Assembly: GCA_025839675.1 (NCBI GenBank)
Contig: CP104013.1
Span: 5,520,001 to 5,552,000 of the forward strand
Direction: 5' to 3'
DNA length: 32,000 nt
DNA from: Candidatus Lokiarchaeum ossiferum
GTDB taxonomy: Archaea > Asgardarchaeota > Lokiarchaeia > Sigyniarchaeales > Promethearchaeaceae
The notes beneath the pieces were generated by a model. The model was not told the origin of the DNA and did not search any database. It saw only the letters and a program-made list of their open reading frames with translations. A program made the translations under genes and the position numbers. Below, piece after piece: positions 1-9,633 of the stretch. The stretch's first letter is position 1. Each line of letters opens with the position of its first letter.

Positions 1-1922
1 TCCAGTTTTTTGTTAATATCAGCGGATTGGTGTTTTCTCACCTGAGAAAGAATTTTCTTACGTTGAATTAAAACAGTCGAACCTACAATTCCTATAAGGG
101 ATCCCCATAAATAATTGAATTGCGATCGATTTTCAATTAATGCTCCTGAATCGGGAGAATTATCTGATATTGTTGTGTTTAATTGAGTTTCTGTTGAGGT
201 TGTCATAGTCGAGTGAGAATCTGTAATTGATGAAACGAAGCCATCTTCAATTACGAAACTTCCCATTGTTGGAGGACTCATATTTCCTCCTTCATCAACT
301 TGATATAACCAGAAGTAAAATTGCCCTTCAATTAGACCAGTAATGGAATAATGACTATTGTTTCCATCCAGATTGAGGATGGTAATATTGAATAATAGGC
401 TCTCTGTATTTGCCAAATTTCTATCTGTGGAGATAATTAGAAGGTAATGATGTATTCCTCCAAGATCATAACCATCTTCCCAGTCGAATTCAATGATATT
501 ACCTGGTTGGCCTACAATGTTCATTGATAATTCTGGTGAAGGTGGGGGAGTAGAATCAACTAGTTTCAGTTGGTTATTATAACTTCTCCATGAAAAATCG
601 ATATATTGGACAAAAATAGTAAAATCTGAAGTGCCTATTTTAATTGGGATAACATCAAACCATTGCCATAACCATTCTTGTTCCGTAGATTCAAGGGAAT
701 AGTTTTGGTTTTCAAATTGAATCTTCAATTGGAGGACTGTTGATAGTTCCGCTGGAATAATGGTAATATTTTGCAGATTTTCAATCTCCTGGTCTAAATT
801 AGAGATTTGGATTCCATAATTTATGGGTGGATGTGTTTCCTCATCACCAAATTCATATGATAATATATAGGAATTGTTACTTGGAATGGCGAAATTGTCA
901 AAAACGGATTCAGATTCACCGTTACAAAATATTCCAATGATTCCGGATTCTAAAATGTATGTATTGGTGATATTGAGTTGAAGAATTGAATCGAGAAATA
1001 TTTCTATACGTTCTTCTTGGTACTTGATTGCGAGATTATACCAGACATTTGATAATAATTCCGATTCCGGTTTTCCATTTGATGAAACAAATTCAATTCC
1101 ACTGGAAGTTCCTTTACCTATGGCAGTGTGAAAATTCCACAAACCTAAGCCTGCTATCAAAAATTTATTTTTATTTATTCCTCGAAAAATGATTCCAACC
1201 TCAAAATCATCCCCCCTACTAAGAATATCCAACTGAATTTGTCCATTTTGCGAAGAATAATCTTGATAATAGGATATTCGTTCATTTTGATATGTGTCTA
1301 AGTTTGCGGGATTTTCATGATATTGTTGTTCTAGCACATACCAGTTTTCTTCTATGCCGGTCCAGTCCTCAACCACTCCATCTGGTTGACTAAAATCATC
1401 ATAAACCTCTGAATCCATCTCCAATAATTGGGGAAATGTCATAGCATGTGGATTTCCATAATAAAGATAATGATTTTGAACGGGATTTTCTTCTTCAATT
1501 GTGGTTTCAATTTGAAAAGCAATAACAGTCTTCGTTGTATTAAATGCTGTCTGATTTTTATACTCCAAATTATGGTAATATGAATTCTCGGCATCAAACC
1601 AAATGATACGTAGATCTAATCCCTTGAAATTCATTTTTCTATCTGCAATTAATTGTTTAGTATTCAACTCGATTTGAATCAATGATTTGTTTGGAATTTG
1701 AAAGGAATTGGGATTATCTAAATTTAGTGCTTGTCGATAATTGAATGAGTAATTCCACCATGCTGTAGGTATATTTGATGCTATTGGAGAAGATGGTTGT
1801 GGTATATAAGAAGAAGTATTTATCGATTCCGCTGAATTATTTTGGATAAATGGAGAAACCATACTTAGAAGCACACATGGTGCTAAAAGTAAATACACTA
1901 GTTTGAATCGCTGAAAATCCAT
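1..1922 (-). CDS. Secreted cell-surface protein. The C-terminus runs off the left edge of the window. DUF2341-like, LamG/concanavalin-like and FN3-like modules, then a C-terminal TM anchor
   Basis: Absent from the ORF track because there is no stop inside the window. Hand translation of the minus strand from the ATG at 1922-1920 gives MDFQRFKLVYLLLAPCVLLSMVSPF (signal-peptide-like). It continues WWNYSFNYRQALNLDN...GLDLRIIWFDAENSYYHNLEY (DUF2341-like pattern), NVWYNLAIKYQEERIEIFLD...FDNFAI (LamG-like) and GQFYFWLYQVDEGGNMSPP (FN3-like). Near bases 60-120 it reads LWGSLIGIVGSTVLIQRKKILSQVRKHQ (TM plus basic tail). The frame is still open at base 1. No other tracked ORF lies in 1-2280. Confidence 0.7.
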   Translation of the reverse strand, partial: MDFQRFKLVYLLLAPCVLLSMVSPFIQNNSAESINTSSYIPQPSSPIASNIPTAWWNYSFNYRQALNLDNPNSFQIPNKSLIQIELNTKQLIADRKMNFKGLDLRIIWFDAENSYYHNLEYKNQTAFNTTKTVIAFQIETTIEEENPVQNHYLYYGNPHAMTFPQLLEMDSEVYDDFSQPDGVVEDWTGIEENWYVLEQQYHENPANLDTYQNERISYYQDYSSQNGQIQLDILSRGDDFEVGIIFRGINKNKFLIAGLGLWNFHTAIGKGTSSGIEFVSSNGKPESELLSNVWYNLAIKYQEERIEIFLDSILQLNITNTYILESGIIGIFCNGESESVFDNFAIPSNNSYILSYEFGDEETHPPINYGIQISNLDQEIENLQNITIIPAELSTVLQLKIQFENQNYSLESTEQEWLWQWFDVIPIKIGTSDFTIFVQYIDFSWRSYNNQLKLVDSTPPPSPELSMNIVGQPGNIIEFDWEDGYDLGGIHHYLLIISTDRNLANTESLLFNITILNLDGNNSHYSITGLIEGQFYFWLYQVDEGGNMSPPTMGSFVIEDGFVSSITDSHSTMTTSTETQLNTTISDNSPDSGALIENRSQFNYLWGSLIGIVGSTVLIQRKKILSQVRKHQSADINKKL

Positions 1923-2280
1923 ATCGACATTCTCCAATGAAATTAATAATCCGATAGTGGGCAGCTTAGGGAGATTTTCTCTCTTTATAGGACATATCAA
2001 TATGGTTGATCGCTATCAAGATTTAGGTCACTTACCGAGATAAAGAATAAATAGGTTGACTCTTGGAATAAATGCTATTTTTTTTTGGAATAACTTTCAA
2101 TTAAAAGGATGACTGATTTGTAGGTTTTCTTAAGAAAAAAGACGAATATTTCTGTAGATTTTGTTTAAATCCTACGTTAAAATGTACGTTAATATCTCAT
2201 AAAAGGATTGCAACAGAAGAAAAAAAATAGTCATTATCAATATTATTTTATAAAAATAAATCCGTATTGCACTGATCTCA

Positions 2281-3654
2281 ATGCGACCTAAAATCATATA
2301 TTGTATCCTAAAGCCAAAACTGAGTGTTATAATACTTTTTTTATTAACTATTAATTTGATTTCAGTCTCCTTTGATTATTCAAACAATTCTCTCGGGGAA
2401 GAATTTCAAGATGAATTTTTAGATAATAATGAGAAATTGAGTGAATCTATGTTATATTCAAGCAATTCGTTTCATGATCCCATTTTTATAAATGGGAGTG
2501 ACTGGAAATCATGGTGTGATGCTGTGACTGGAAATGGGACTGTTGAAAATCCATATATAATCGCAAATCTTTCCATTGTAGCGAGTGAGTCCGATGGGAT
2601 ATCCATTCATAATTCAAACGCAAATGGGAAAATATATAATTGCACAATTATGACTGCAAAAATGGGTGTTGTTATTAATAATACTTCAAATTGCTATATT
2701 TCTCAGAATAATATATCAAATTGTATGGAAGATGGAATTTTTTGTTATAATTCTTCATTTAATTGCTTTATTGAAAATAATGTTGTTCAGAATTGTGGTT
2801 TTGGTGGCATAACAATTGTTCTTGCTTCTTGTGTAAGTTTGGAGGGTAACAAAATTCAAAATAATCCTTCTCATGGAATTAGTCTAACTTATGTATCAAA
2901 CAGTATTGTTAGAAATAATAACATTTCTCGTATTTCAGGTTTTGGTTTCATTTTTTCCAATCTAAGTAATTGCTCAATTGAAAATAATGGAGTTGTTGAA
3001 AATAATGGGGATGGTTTGTTAATATTTGATTCAATATATGTTAATATTTTTCAGAATATTGTTTCAAATAACATCGGGGAAGGGATTGGTGTTTATACAT
3101 CTGAATTTTGCGTTTTATCAAACAACACCGCCAAGTATAATTATTTTTCTGGAATCAAACTTGGTTTTTTTGTAAATCACAGTCAAATCTATAATAATAC
3201 ACTTCATAAAAATCGAATTGAGGGAATTCCAGTTCGAGGGTTTAATAATACTTTATTTAGCAACCTATTTATTTCCTTCATCATCCCTTCCTTTGTGATG
3301 TCAAAAACTATTGTGGTTATTAATGAAAAAGTAAGTTTTATCGATACATCTCGTTTTGGCTATCTACCTTTTCAATATTTGTGGGATTTTGGAGATAACT
3401 TTTTTTCTTCAGAACAACATCCATATCATACCTATACAAAAATTGGGGATTACAATGTTTCTTTAACAGTGGTTGATAGTGATGGGGATGAAGCATCTTT
3501 TCAGATGGAGATCCTAGTGATTAATGATGATATTTCTTCAAATTCTGATCCGATATCTAGCCCATTAGGTAGTACAATGGTAGGCTACATCGTTGGAGTG
3601 TCGCTTTTAGTACTTTCATTTATATTAGTAATGTTGTGGAGAAGAAAAATGTAA
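2281..3654 (+). CDS. Secreted surface protein: right-handed parallel beta-helix (PbH1/NosD-like) repeats, a PKD domain and a C-terminal TM anchor
   Basis: ATG at 2281 and an N-terminal hydrophobic segment. About 10 repeats of roughly 22 aa fit the type GISxxxSxNxxIxNNxI. The PKD signature is WDFGDN...HTYTKIGDYNVSLTVVDSDGDEAS. The C-terminus is VGYIVGVSLLVLSFILVMLWRRKM. Many N-x-S/T sequons. Confidence 0.85.
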   Translation: MRPKIIYCILKPKLSVIILFLLTINLISVSFDYSNNSLGEEFQDEFLDNNEKLSESMLYSSNSFHDPIFINGSDWKSWCDAVTGNGTVENPYIIANLSIVASESDGISIHNSNANGKIYNCTIMTAKMGVVINNTSNCYISQNNISNCMEDGIFCYNSSFNCFIENNVVQNCGFGGITIVLASCVSLEGNKIQNNPSHGISLTYVSNSIVRNNNISRISGFGFIFSNLSNCSIENNGVVENNGDGLLIFDSIYVNIFQNIVSNNIGEGIGVYTSEFCVLSNNTAKYNYFSGIKLGFFVNHSQIYNNTLHKNRIEGIPVRGFNNTLFSNLFISFIIPSFVMSKTIVVINEKVSFIDTSRFGYLPFQYLWDFGDNFFSSEQHPYHTYTKIGDYNVSLTVVDSDGDEASFQMEILVINDDISSNSDPISSPLGSTMVGYIVGVSLLVLSFILVMLWRRKM

Positions 3655-3684
3655 GTTCAAAAGGATTAAAAATAATAAAACTAC

Positions 3685-3694
3685 TTTATTTTTT
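3685..3694 (+). terminator. Oligo-T tract downstream of the beta-helix/PKD gene
   Basis: The sequence tttatttttt lies about 30 nt after the stop at 3654. This is the archaeal-style oligo-T terminator pattern. Confidence 0.35.
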
Positions 3695-3840
3695 CGTGCA
3701 AAGGTACAAAAAAATAAATGATTTTTAGCTCAGTTTTTTTCTATCTTATAGTGAATTGTCATTAGTTTTTTTATTCGAGTAATTGGTAAAAGATGATTGA
3801 TATACTCTCAGAAATATGTGAATTTAAAGATCACTGTTAT

Positions 3841-4074
3841 TTAACTACTTCTTCTGAAATTTTGCAATAAAAAACCTGCAGTGTTGTAGATGTGTGGCTG
3901 GAGTTGGCTCATTTTTATTGATGAGCGGTTCATTTTTTTATAAGTTGGAGAAAACCAAGAAGGTAATTTCAAAAAGTTAATTTTTTCTTGGATTTTTTCC
4001 ATTTGCAGTTCTCTCTCTTCTGGATATAAGCTGCATGTGGAGTAGACAACGATACCATTTGGTTTGTAAATCAA
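3841..4074 (-). pseudogene. Orphan 3'-terminal fragment (last ~73 codons) of a NOL1/NOP2/Sun m5C RNA methyltransferase gene, paralogous to the 3' end of 6672-8051
   Basis: The translation KPNGIVVYSTCSLYPEE...INFLKLPSWFSP...LQPHIYNTAGF aligns colinearly with the C-terminus of the intact gene (KPKGILVYSTCSVYPEE...VNFLKLPSWFSP...LQPHVHNTAGF). About 43 of 73 residues are identical by hand alignment. There is no SAM-binding N-terminal part. Homology stops abruptly at ~4070-4075. The only available start is TTG. Confidence 0.75.
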
Positions 4075-4095
4075 AAGAAAGAAAAAGAAAAAAAA
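4075..4095 (-). terminator. T-rich tract (on the minus strand) immediately after the stop of 4096-6435
   Basis: The plus strand reads aaaagaaagaaaaagaaaaaaaac, which is T8-C-T5-C-T3-C-T4 on the coding strand of the upstream gene. Confidence 0.4.
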
Positions 4096-6435
4096 CTAGA
4101 TCATTTTTATTTTTCGATAAATGATTATGGATTCAATTCCCACAATTCCAATAGCAGAAAGTGCCACAATCATCCAAATGATTGCGGGAGTATTTCTTTC
4201 AGATATATTTTCAGCATCCATTTGATTTTGATTCATTGTAGTAAAGGAATACCATGCTCCATATGAAGGATCACGCTCATGAACTGTGTACATAACAAAG
4301 GGATTTAATGAAAAATTTCCTATATCCACTCTTTTCATCAATATAAATCGAGCATTGAAATGAACCGATTCTCCTGGTTGAAGAATCCCTAAATTCAGGT
4401 CTGGATAAACATCAATTCCACTTAATTGTTTGACAAAGAAAAGTTCATCTCCATCTCGGTAGCTTGTTAAAAATTCAACATTATATGCTGGACTGGTTCC
4501 ATTATTTTCGATAATGCAATCCAACGTGATAATTGTTCCAGTGTGGTTTGTTTTCATATCAATGTTGTAATTCATATTGATCCTTGGTCCGAAGAAGGGA
4601 ACTTTTTTTGGAAAAACAGTATATTGTGCAGATCCTGCATCATTAGCATAAAAATTATCCGAATCCATAACTATGTTTTGTGTTCCACCGATTTCATCAT
4701 ATTGCATATCCAAAGAAAATTCACAAATTCCTCCAAAATAGCGATTGTATGCATCAACGGTATAATTCACTTCAATTTCTGCAGTATTTCCTGCATTTAA
4801 TTGAGTTATTTTTCCTGAATCACTTGTTAGATTTATTCCTAGATCACAAGAATATCCATAATCTGGAAAAGCATTTAGTTGCCAATCCAAATTTTCAACA
4901 TTTGAAACTCCTTTATTGGTAATTCGCGCTGAAATTGTGATGTTATCTCCTACTTCAGGCGATAAATCTGAAATGGTATAGTCAACATTCATCCAAGGGT
5001 AGTTTTCTACATTATTTTGAAAAATTAGGAGTTCATTTGATGATTTTTGATATCTTCCTCCTCCAAATTGTGGTTCTGACCAATGATCTGCTAAACTTGG
5101 GTTTGCAATCGCGTCATATTCTACGTAATATTGATATTCTTCAATTTGGTTTTCATTATGATTGCAGCGTATTATCATAGTTTGAGTATCCACTTGTCCT
5201 GAATCTAGTTGTGTAATGGTTTGATTAATATTTCCGCTTATTAGATCGAAATTATCCACGTCAATGAGATATGGATCAAAATCCATGTATTCTAAATTAT
5301 AGGCTGAAGCATAACCGACATTTTGAATTATCCGGGTTATCACAAGATCTTCTCCTTGATTGATAACACTAGCATTTGAAAGTAATTGGCAAGAAATAAT
5401 TGGTTGAGTTATATTTGAATCGGTGAAATTAAAGAAAGCTGCATCTGATAAAGTTCCAAACATATTTCCTTCACGGTCCATTTGTCGTTCTATATGTCCC
5501 ATTTCTTGTCCATCACCTGTGGGGGATGGATAAACGTTTGTAATTGCGGCTCCCTTATATAAGAAAATGTCTAAATTAGCATCATCCACCCACTCTGGCA
5601 TCAAGAAAACTTTTGAGAAATTTAATAGCGTATTGAAGAATACTTGGTTATTAGCATTATCTCTTAGAGAAAAAACTTGTGGACGAAATAATTCCAAATT
5701 AATATCGTATTCCCATCTTAATTCACTTTCTCCTTCTCCTGGCGTTGGATCAAATTCATCCCAACGTGCATGGATTCGTGTTGCCTTGTTAGATGAACTA
5801 TTCAGTACTTTTTTATCCAAAAGCATAGTTTCTCCGCATGGAATTTCATCTAAAATGTTTTCCCATTGGGAAGCTTGATCTACAGGAAATGCGCGATACT
5901 CGGAAGCCCACCATCTATCCCCGGCTCCATAAGTATAATTATTATACTGAAGAAAATCTAAATGGAATGTATTTTCTATCTCATGAACAATATTAGTTAC
6001 CCATGAATTTCCTAAAGATATATTTTGGTTATCATCAAACTGAATATTAAATTCCAATTTGATATGTGAGTATCCATATTCCCATTGGTCTCCTGAGAGA
6101 TCTTCATACATGTAACCACCATATTGGTTCGCAAAAATCCCCATTTCAGCTTCTTTTGATGTGACCTCAAATAAACTAAAATACAAATCCGCATCTAATA
6201 TCGCTTCGGTTGTTGAATTGGGTGCAGGTAAATTTATTGGAAAAGCGAATTTAACACCTTCATCTGTAATATCCCAGTGATATACTGCATCTCCTGAATT
6301 TAAAATATAAATTGTCAAGTTTTCATAATAATTTTCTGTCAAAACTGTCTCATCTTGAGCTTTACTAAATGATAATTCAGAAAGAAATACTGTTGAGATA
6401 ATGCAGATTAATAAGCAAATCGTTTTTTTTTTCAT
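4096..6435 (-). CDS. Large secreted surface protein with CARDB-like beta-sandwich repeats and a C-terminal TM anchor
   Basis: The track ORF starts at a GTG (6444). The first ATG at 6435 gives MKKKTICLLICIISTVFLSELSFSKAQ (signal peptide). At least three segments are CARDB-like: QGEDLVITRIIQNVGYASAYNLEY, EVGDNITISARITNKGVSNVENLDW and GTIITLDCIIENNGTSPAYNVEF. The C-terminus is PAIIWMIVALSAIGIVGIESIIIYRKIKMI. Confidence 0.8.
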   Translation of the reverse strand: MKKKTICLLICIISTVFLSELSFSKAQDETVLTENYYENLTIYILNSGDAVYHWDITDEGVKFAFPINLPAPNSTTEAILDADLYFSLFEVTSKEAEMGIFANQYGGYMYEDLSGDQWEYGYSHIKLEFNIQFDDNQNISLGNSWVTNIVHEIENTFHLDFLQYNNYTYGAGDRWWASEYRAFPVDQASQWENILDEIPCGETMLLDKKVLNSSSNKATRIHARWDEFDPTPGEGESELRWEYDINLELFRPQVFSLRDNANNQVFFNTLLNFSKVFLMPEWVDDANLDIFLYKGAAITNVYPSPTGDGQEMGHIERQMDREGNMFGTLSDAAFFNFTDSNITQPIISCQLLSNASVINQGEDLVITRIIQNVGYASAYNLEYMDFDPYLIDVDNFDLISGNINQTITQLDSGQVDTQTMIIRCNHNENQIEEYQYYVEYDAIANPSLADHWSEPQFGGGRYQKSSNELLIFQNNVENYPWMNVDYTISDLSPEVGDNITISARITNKGVSNVENLDWQLNAFPDYGYSCDLGINLTSDSGKITQLNAGNTAEIEVNYTVDAYNRYFGGICEFSLDMQYDEIGGTQNIVMDSDNFYANDAGSAQYTVFPKKVPFFGPRINMNYNIDMKTNHTGTIITLDCIIENNGTSPAYNVEFLTSYRDGDELFFVKQLSGIDVYPDLNLGILQPGESVHFNARFILMKRVDIGNFSLNPFVMYTVHERDPSYGAWYSFTTMNQNQMDAENISERNTPAIIWMIVALSAIGIVGIESIIIYRKIKMI

Positions 6436-6671
6436 AATTTCCACTTATGTGATAATTTTGTTAGTAAAGAACTTCTCCTATACGTTAATAAGTCTATTCT
6501 TAGTGATGCAGAGAAATAATCAATTATATATCACATTTATGAGGTAAACGTATATTTAGCCAAGTGATTTTCATATATATCTTATTGAAGAAACTTAATA
6601 CAAAAAACTTCAATCAATCCGTTAATTGTAATCGACCATAACTCCTTTTATGGGAGTACTATTTTTTTTTT

Positions 6672-8051
6672 TTACTTCTTTTGCATTTTAGCAATAAAAA
6701 ATCCTGCTGTATTGTGTACATGAGGCTGAAGTCGGCCAATAAAAATCGAATCAATATCTATTATGGTATAACCTGGAGAAAACCATGATGGTAATTTCAA
6801 GAAATTCACTTTGTCTTGAATTTTTGATATTTGTGCTTCTCCTTCTTCTGGATATACGCTACACGTGGAATAAACTAGTATACCCTTTGGTTTCAAACAT
6901 TCTAAGGCATCTGATAAGATTTTTTGTTGTAAATTGGTAACTTGTTCAAGAAAGGTTGAATTCTGTCTCCATTTAAGTGCTGGATTTGATGTGAAAGTTC
7001 CACTACCTGTACAAGGGGCATCCAAGAGAATTTTGTCAAATTTTAGTTTTCCTTGAACCTTACGAAAAGGTGTCTGCGTGGAATCCGCATGGATAGTATG
7101 GGTATTTTTTATATTTAGTTTATTTGAAAGATAATTTAATGAATTCAATCTCGTTGCGTGAAAATCGGTGGCCACTATTTGGGCTTGATTTCTTGTAAAT
7201 TGTGCAATTAAACTGGTTTTCATACCTGGAGCTGCACAAAAATCTCCAATTAAGTCATTAGATTGGGGATCCAGGCATTTAATGGTTGCAATCGAAGCTT
7301 TATCCTGGATTATAATTTGGCCTGCTTTATAAAGCGCTCCTTGAAGTATTCGCGATTTGAATTCAATTGGGATGTGATACAAAATTGGATAATGAATATC
7401 TTGAGAAAAACGGATCTTATTTTGGTGCAGAAATCGTTCTAGTTTTGGAATAAATTCATTTACATCATTAGAAACCAATTGTAAAGCATTTATACGAATT
7501 GTGAAAGTACAATTTCGAGCCATCTCATCCATCTTATGAAATAATGTTTGTATTTCCGATTGTGGCAGTACTGGTAATAATCGATCAATACAAAACGATG
7601 GGATTGCATATTTCAATGATATTTTTTCCTTTTCATTTTTGGATTGCAACGCAATTTTCCAATTGAAAGATTCAATTCTTTGAATAAAATGGTGTAGGAA
7701 TCTCTTAGGTAGGGTAATTTTAGATATTTGATATTCCTGTGTCGCTTTGGATAAAGAAATCCGTTCAAAATGAATTCGATAGGCCAAATAAAATAATAAT
7801 CCATTATGTTCCAAAGTTGTAGGGTTGAAACGGGGAGATATTGAACGCAGCACTTTTTGAATGAGATAATTGATTTTATTCCAATTTCTAATTATTTCCA
7901 AGCGATAATGTTCTGATTGGGCTCCTTTTTCCCATTTTTTAAAGAACTGATTTTGATCCTGCCCAAGGTGCTTGGATCGAAGTTGGGAAACTTCCATTCC
8001 AATAATATTAATGGTATTCTTTAATGAATTAGATAATTGCTTGCTATTCAT
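6672..8051 (-). CDS. NOL1/NOP2/Sun (RsmB/Nop2-type) RNA cytosine-C5 methyltransferase
   Basis: Motifs: DFCAAPGMKTS (SAM binding), LLDAPCTGSGT (PC cysteine) and LVYSTCS (TC cysteine). The track start is a TTG at 8060, so I prefer the ATG at 8051 (MNSKQLS). It lies 11 nt downstream of the MFS gene stop. Confidence 0.9.
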   Translation of the reverse strand: MNSKQLSNSLKNTINIIGMEVSQLRSKHLGQDQNQFFKKWEKGAQSEHYRLEIIRNWNKINYLIQKVLRSISPRFNPTTLEHNGLLFYLAYRIHFERISLSKATQEYQISKITLPKRFLHHFIQRIESFNWKIALQSKNEKEKISLKYAIPSFCIDRLLPVLPQSEIQTLFHKMDEMARNCTFTIRINALQLVSNDVNEFIPKLERFLHQNKIRFSQDIHYPILYHIPIEFKSRILQGALYKAGQIIIQDKASIATIKCLDPQSNDLIGDFCAAPGMKTSLIAQFTRNQAQIVATDFHATRLNSLNYLSNKLNIKNTHTIHADSTQTPFRKVQGKLKFDKILLDAPCTGSGTFTSNPALKWRQNSTFLEQVTNLQQKILSDALECLKPKGILVYSTCSVYPEEGEAQISKIQDKVNFLKLPSWFSPGYTIIDIDSIFIGRLQPHVHNTAGFFIAKMQKK

Positions 8052-8062
8052 GGATAACAACC

Positions 8063-9592
8063 CTATAAATTATCCATTTTTTGTTCGGGGGCATTTCGGA
8101 GCATCTTTGTCCTTTTTATTAATATTTGATTCTTATTCTTTATTTCTGAAGGTAGATCTTTGGTTAATTTGATCCACCATATCACGGGAGGTATATAAAA
8201 TACTAAAGAGATTATCAAAAGAACTTTACCTTTCACAAGATGGAAGAGAAAATTAAAAAGTGTAAATTGAAAAGCCAAAAACATCGAAGTAAAACCTCTT
8301 CCAAGTTGATTTGCACAATTAAGTAACCCTTGAGAACTTCCCATATGTTCTGGGAGATTAATCTCTAATAAAGCGGGGGTTCGATTGATGGAGACTGGAG
8401 CGGCAAAAATCCCACCGAAGAGTAAAAGTATAAAATAGAAAATATAACTTGGATAAAACTCCAAAATTGCAGTGACTATAACGACATATTTTAGTAAATC
8501 GAGAGAAGTATCATTTGGATCAACTATCCCGGCTAAATTGAGTGACTCATAGTTTACTGGAGTAATTGATAAAAATCCAAAAAATAAGAAAGGTATTGCA
8601 AGAATTAAAGCAATCGATGTGTATTTTGAACGTAAATGGGGTGATTTTTTATGTAGTAGATCAAAAATTGGGCCTAAAATAAATGTTCCCAAAATATATC
8701 CTGTTCCTGCACCCGCCGCAAATATTTCTGCAACTTGAGTTCGTAAGGCTGCGGGGAAAGTAGCAAAAGGTCCATCTGTAAAATAGAAGATAAGAAAAGA
8801 TCCCATGGTGGCACCGGGAATAACATAAAAGAATGCCATATATAGCATCCACCGGTTGGATCGAATTTGCCATAAAGGTTTAAGATCTTCTGTTTTTATT
8901 GTATAATTATATGCAATTAAACCTTCACGAACCTCTTCACCCAATTCTTCATCAATTTCTTCAATAGAGCTGGCTCCTCGATTCGGGAGATGCCATCCAA
9001 TGATGAATTTCGCAAGAATGGATATGATTATTGCTAAAATTGCCATCATTGCTAATAAAAGAAATGAAATGTGCCATCCTAAACCCCAGATATTCATGGG
9101 GGAAAGGAATCCGGCCATAAAATTCCCTATCGTATTACAAAAGGCCAATAAAAGTGCTAATCCTGCATATAAAGTGGACCAATATTTTGTAGGGAAAATA
9201 TCTGCTAAAACCGAATAGGATGCGGGAATCTGAGCTCCGAATCCAATGGCTGTGATAAGTCGGCCTAATATGAAAATGAAGAAATTTTGAGCAAAAGCAG
9301 TGATGGTTAGACCAATAGATAGGGTTAAAAGTGCCATAATCAATACTGTTTTACGACTTATTTTATCAATCCAATATCCCCAAAATAAAGCAACTGCCGC
9401 TGAAATGATAATGAAGATTGCCTCTTCAACCATAATTGGAGCCACTGTGGCTAATCCATAACTAAGCTGAATTCGATCGTAAATGGAAGGAACAAGGTTT
9501 GTCGAAATTGCCCCTATCAAAATAAAAAGATCTAAAATTAGTACCGTAAAAATTTTCTGGGCTAAAATTCTCCGATTATGTTTGGCTTCCAT
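8063..9592 (-). CDS. Major facilitator superfamily transporter
   Basis: ATG at 9592. About 12-14 hydrophobic helices. The motif-A-like loop is GYWIDKISRKTVL. A central acidic cytoplasmic loop splits two 6-TM halves. Confidence 0.85.
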   Translation of the reverse strand: MEAKHNRRILAQKIFTVLILDLFILIGAISTNLVPSIYDRIQLSYGLATVAPIMVEEAIFIIISAAVALFWGYWIDKISRKTVLIMALLTLSIGLTITAFAQNFFIFILGRLITAIGFGAQIPASYSVLADIFPTKYWSTLYAGLALLLAFCNTIGNFMAGFLSPMNIWGLGWHISFLLLAMMAILAIIISILAKFIIGWHLPNRGASSIEEIDEELGEEVREGLIAYNYTIKTEDLKPLWQIRSNRWMLYMAFFYVIPGATMGSFLIFYFTDGPFATFPAALRTQVAEIFAAGAGTGYILGTFILGPIFDLLHKKSPHLRSKYTSIALILAIPFLFFGFLSITPVNYESLNLAGIVDPNDTSLDLLKYVVIVTAILEFYPSYIFYFILLLFGGIFAAPVSINRTPALLEINLPEHMGSSQGLLNCANQLGRGFTSMFLAFQFTLFNFLFHLVKGKVLLIISLVFYIPPVIWWIKLTKDLPSEIKNKNQILIKRTKMLRNAPEQKMDNL

Positions 9593-9633
9593 TAGTTTTC
9601 ATCCAAAGTGTGATAAAAAAAAACTATTAGTTG

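Noticed and set aside
4075-6671. Calling the segment between the two methyltransferase 3'-end copies a mobile element
   Set aside because: I found no integrase, transposase, terminal inverted repeats or identical direct repeats. Only the duplication scar supports an insertion, so I report it as a finding and not as a mobile_element feature.
6662-6673. T12 run next to the methyltransferase stop as a terminator
   Set aside because: The T-run is on the plus strand, so it is an A-run on the strand of both flanking genes. It cannot act as an oligo-T terminator for them.
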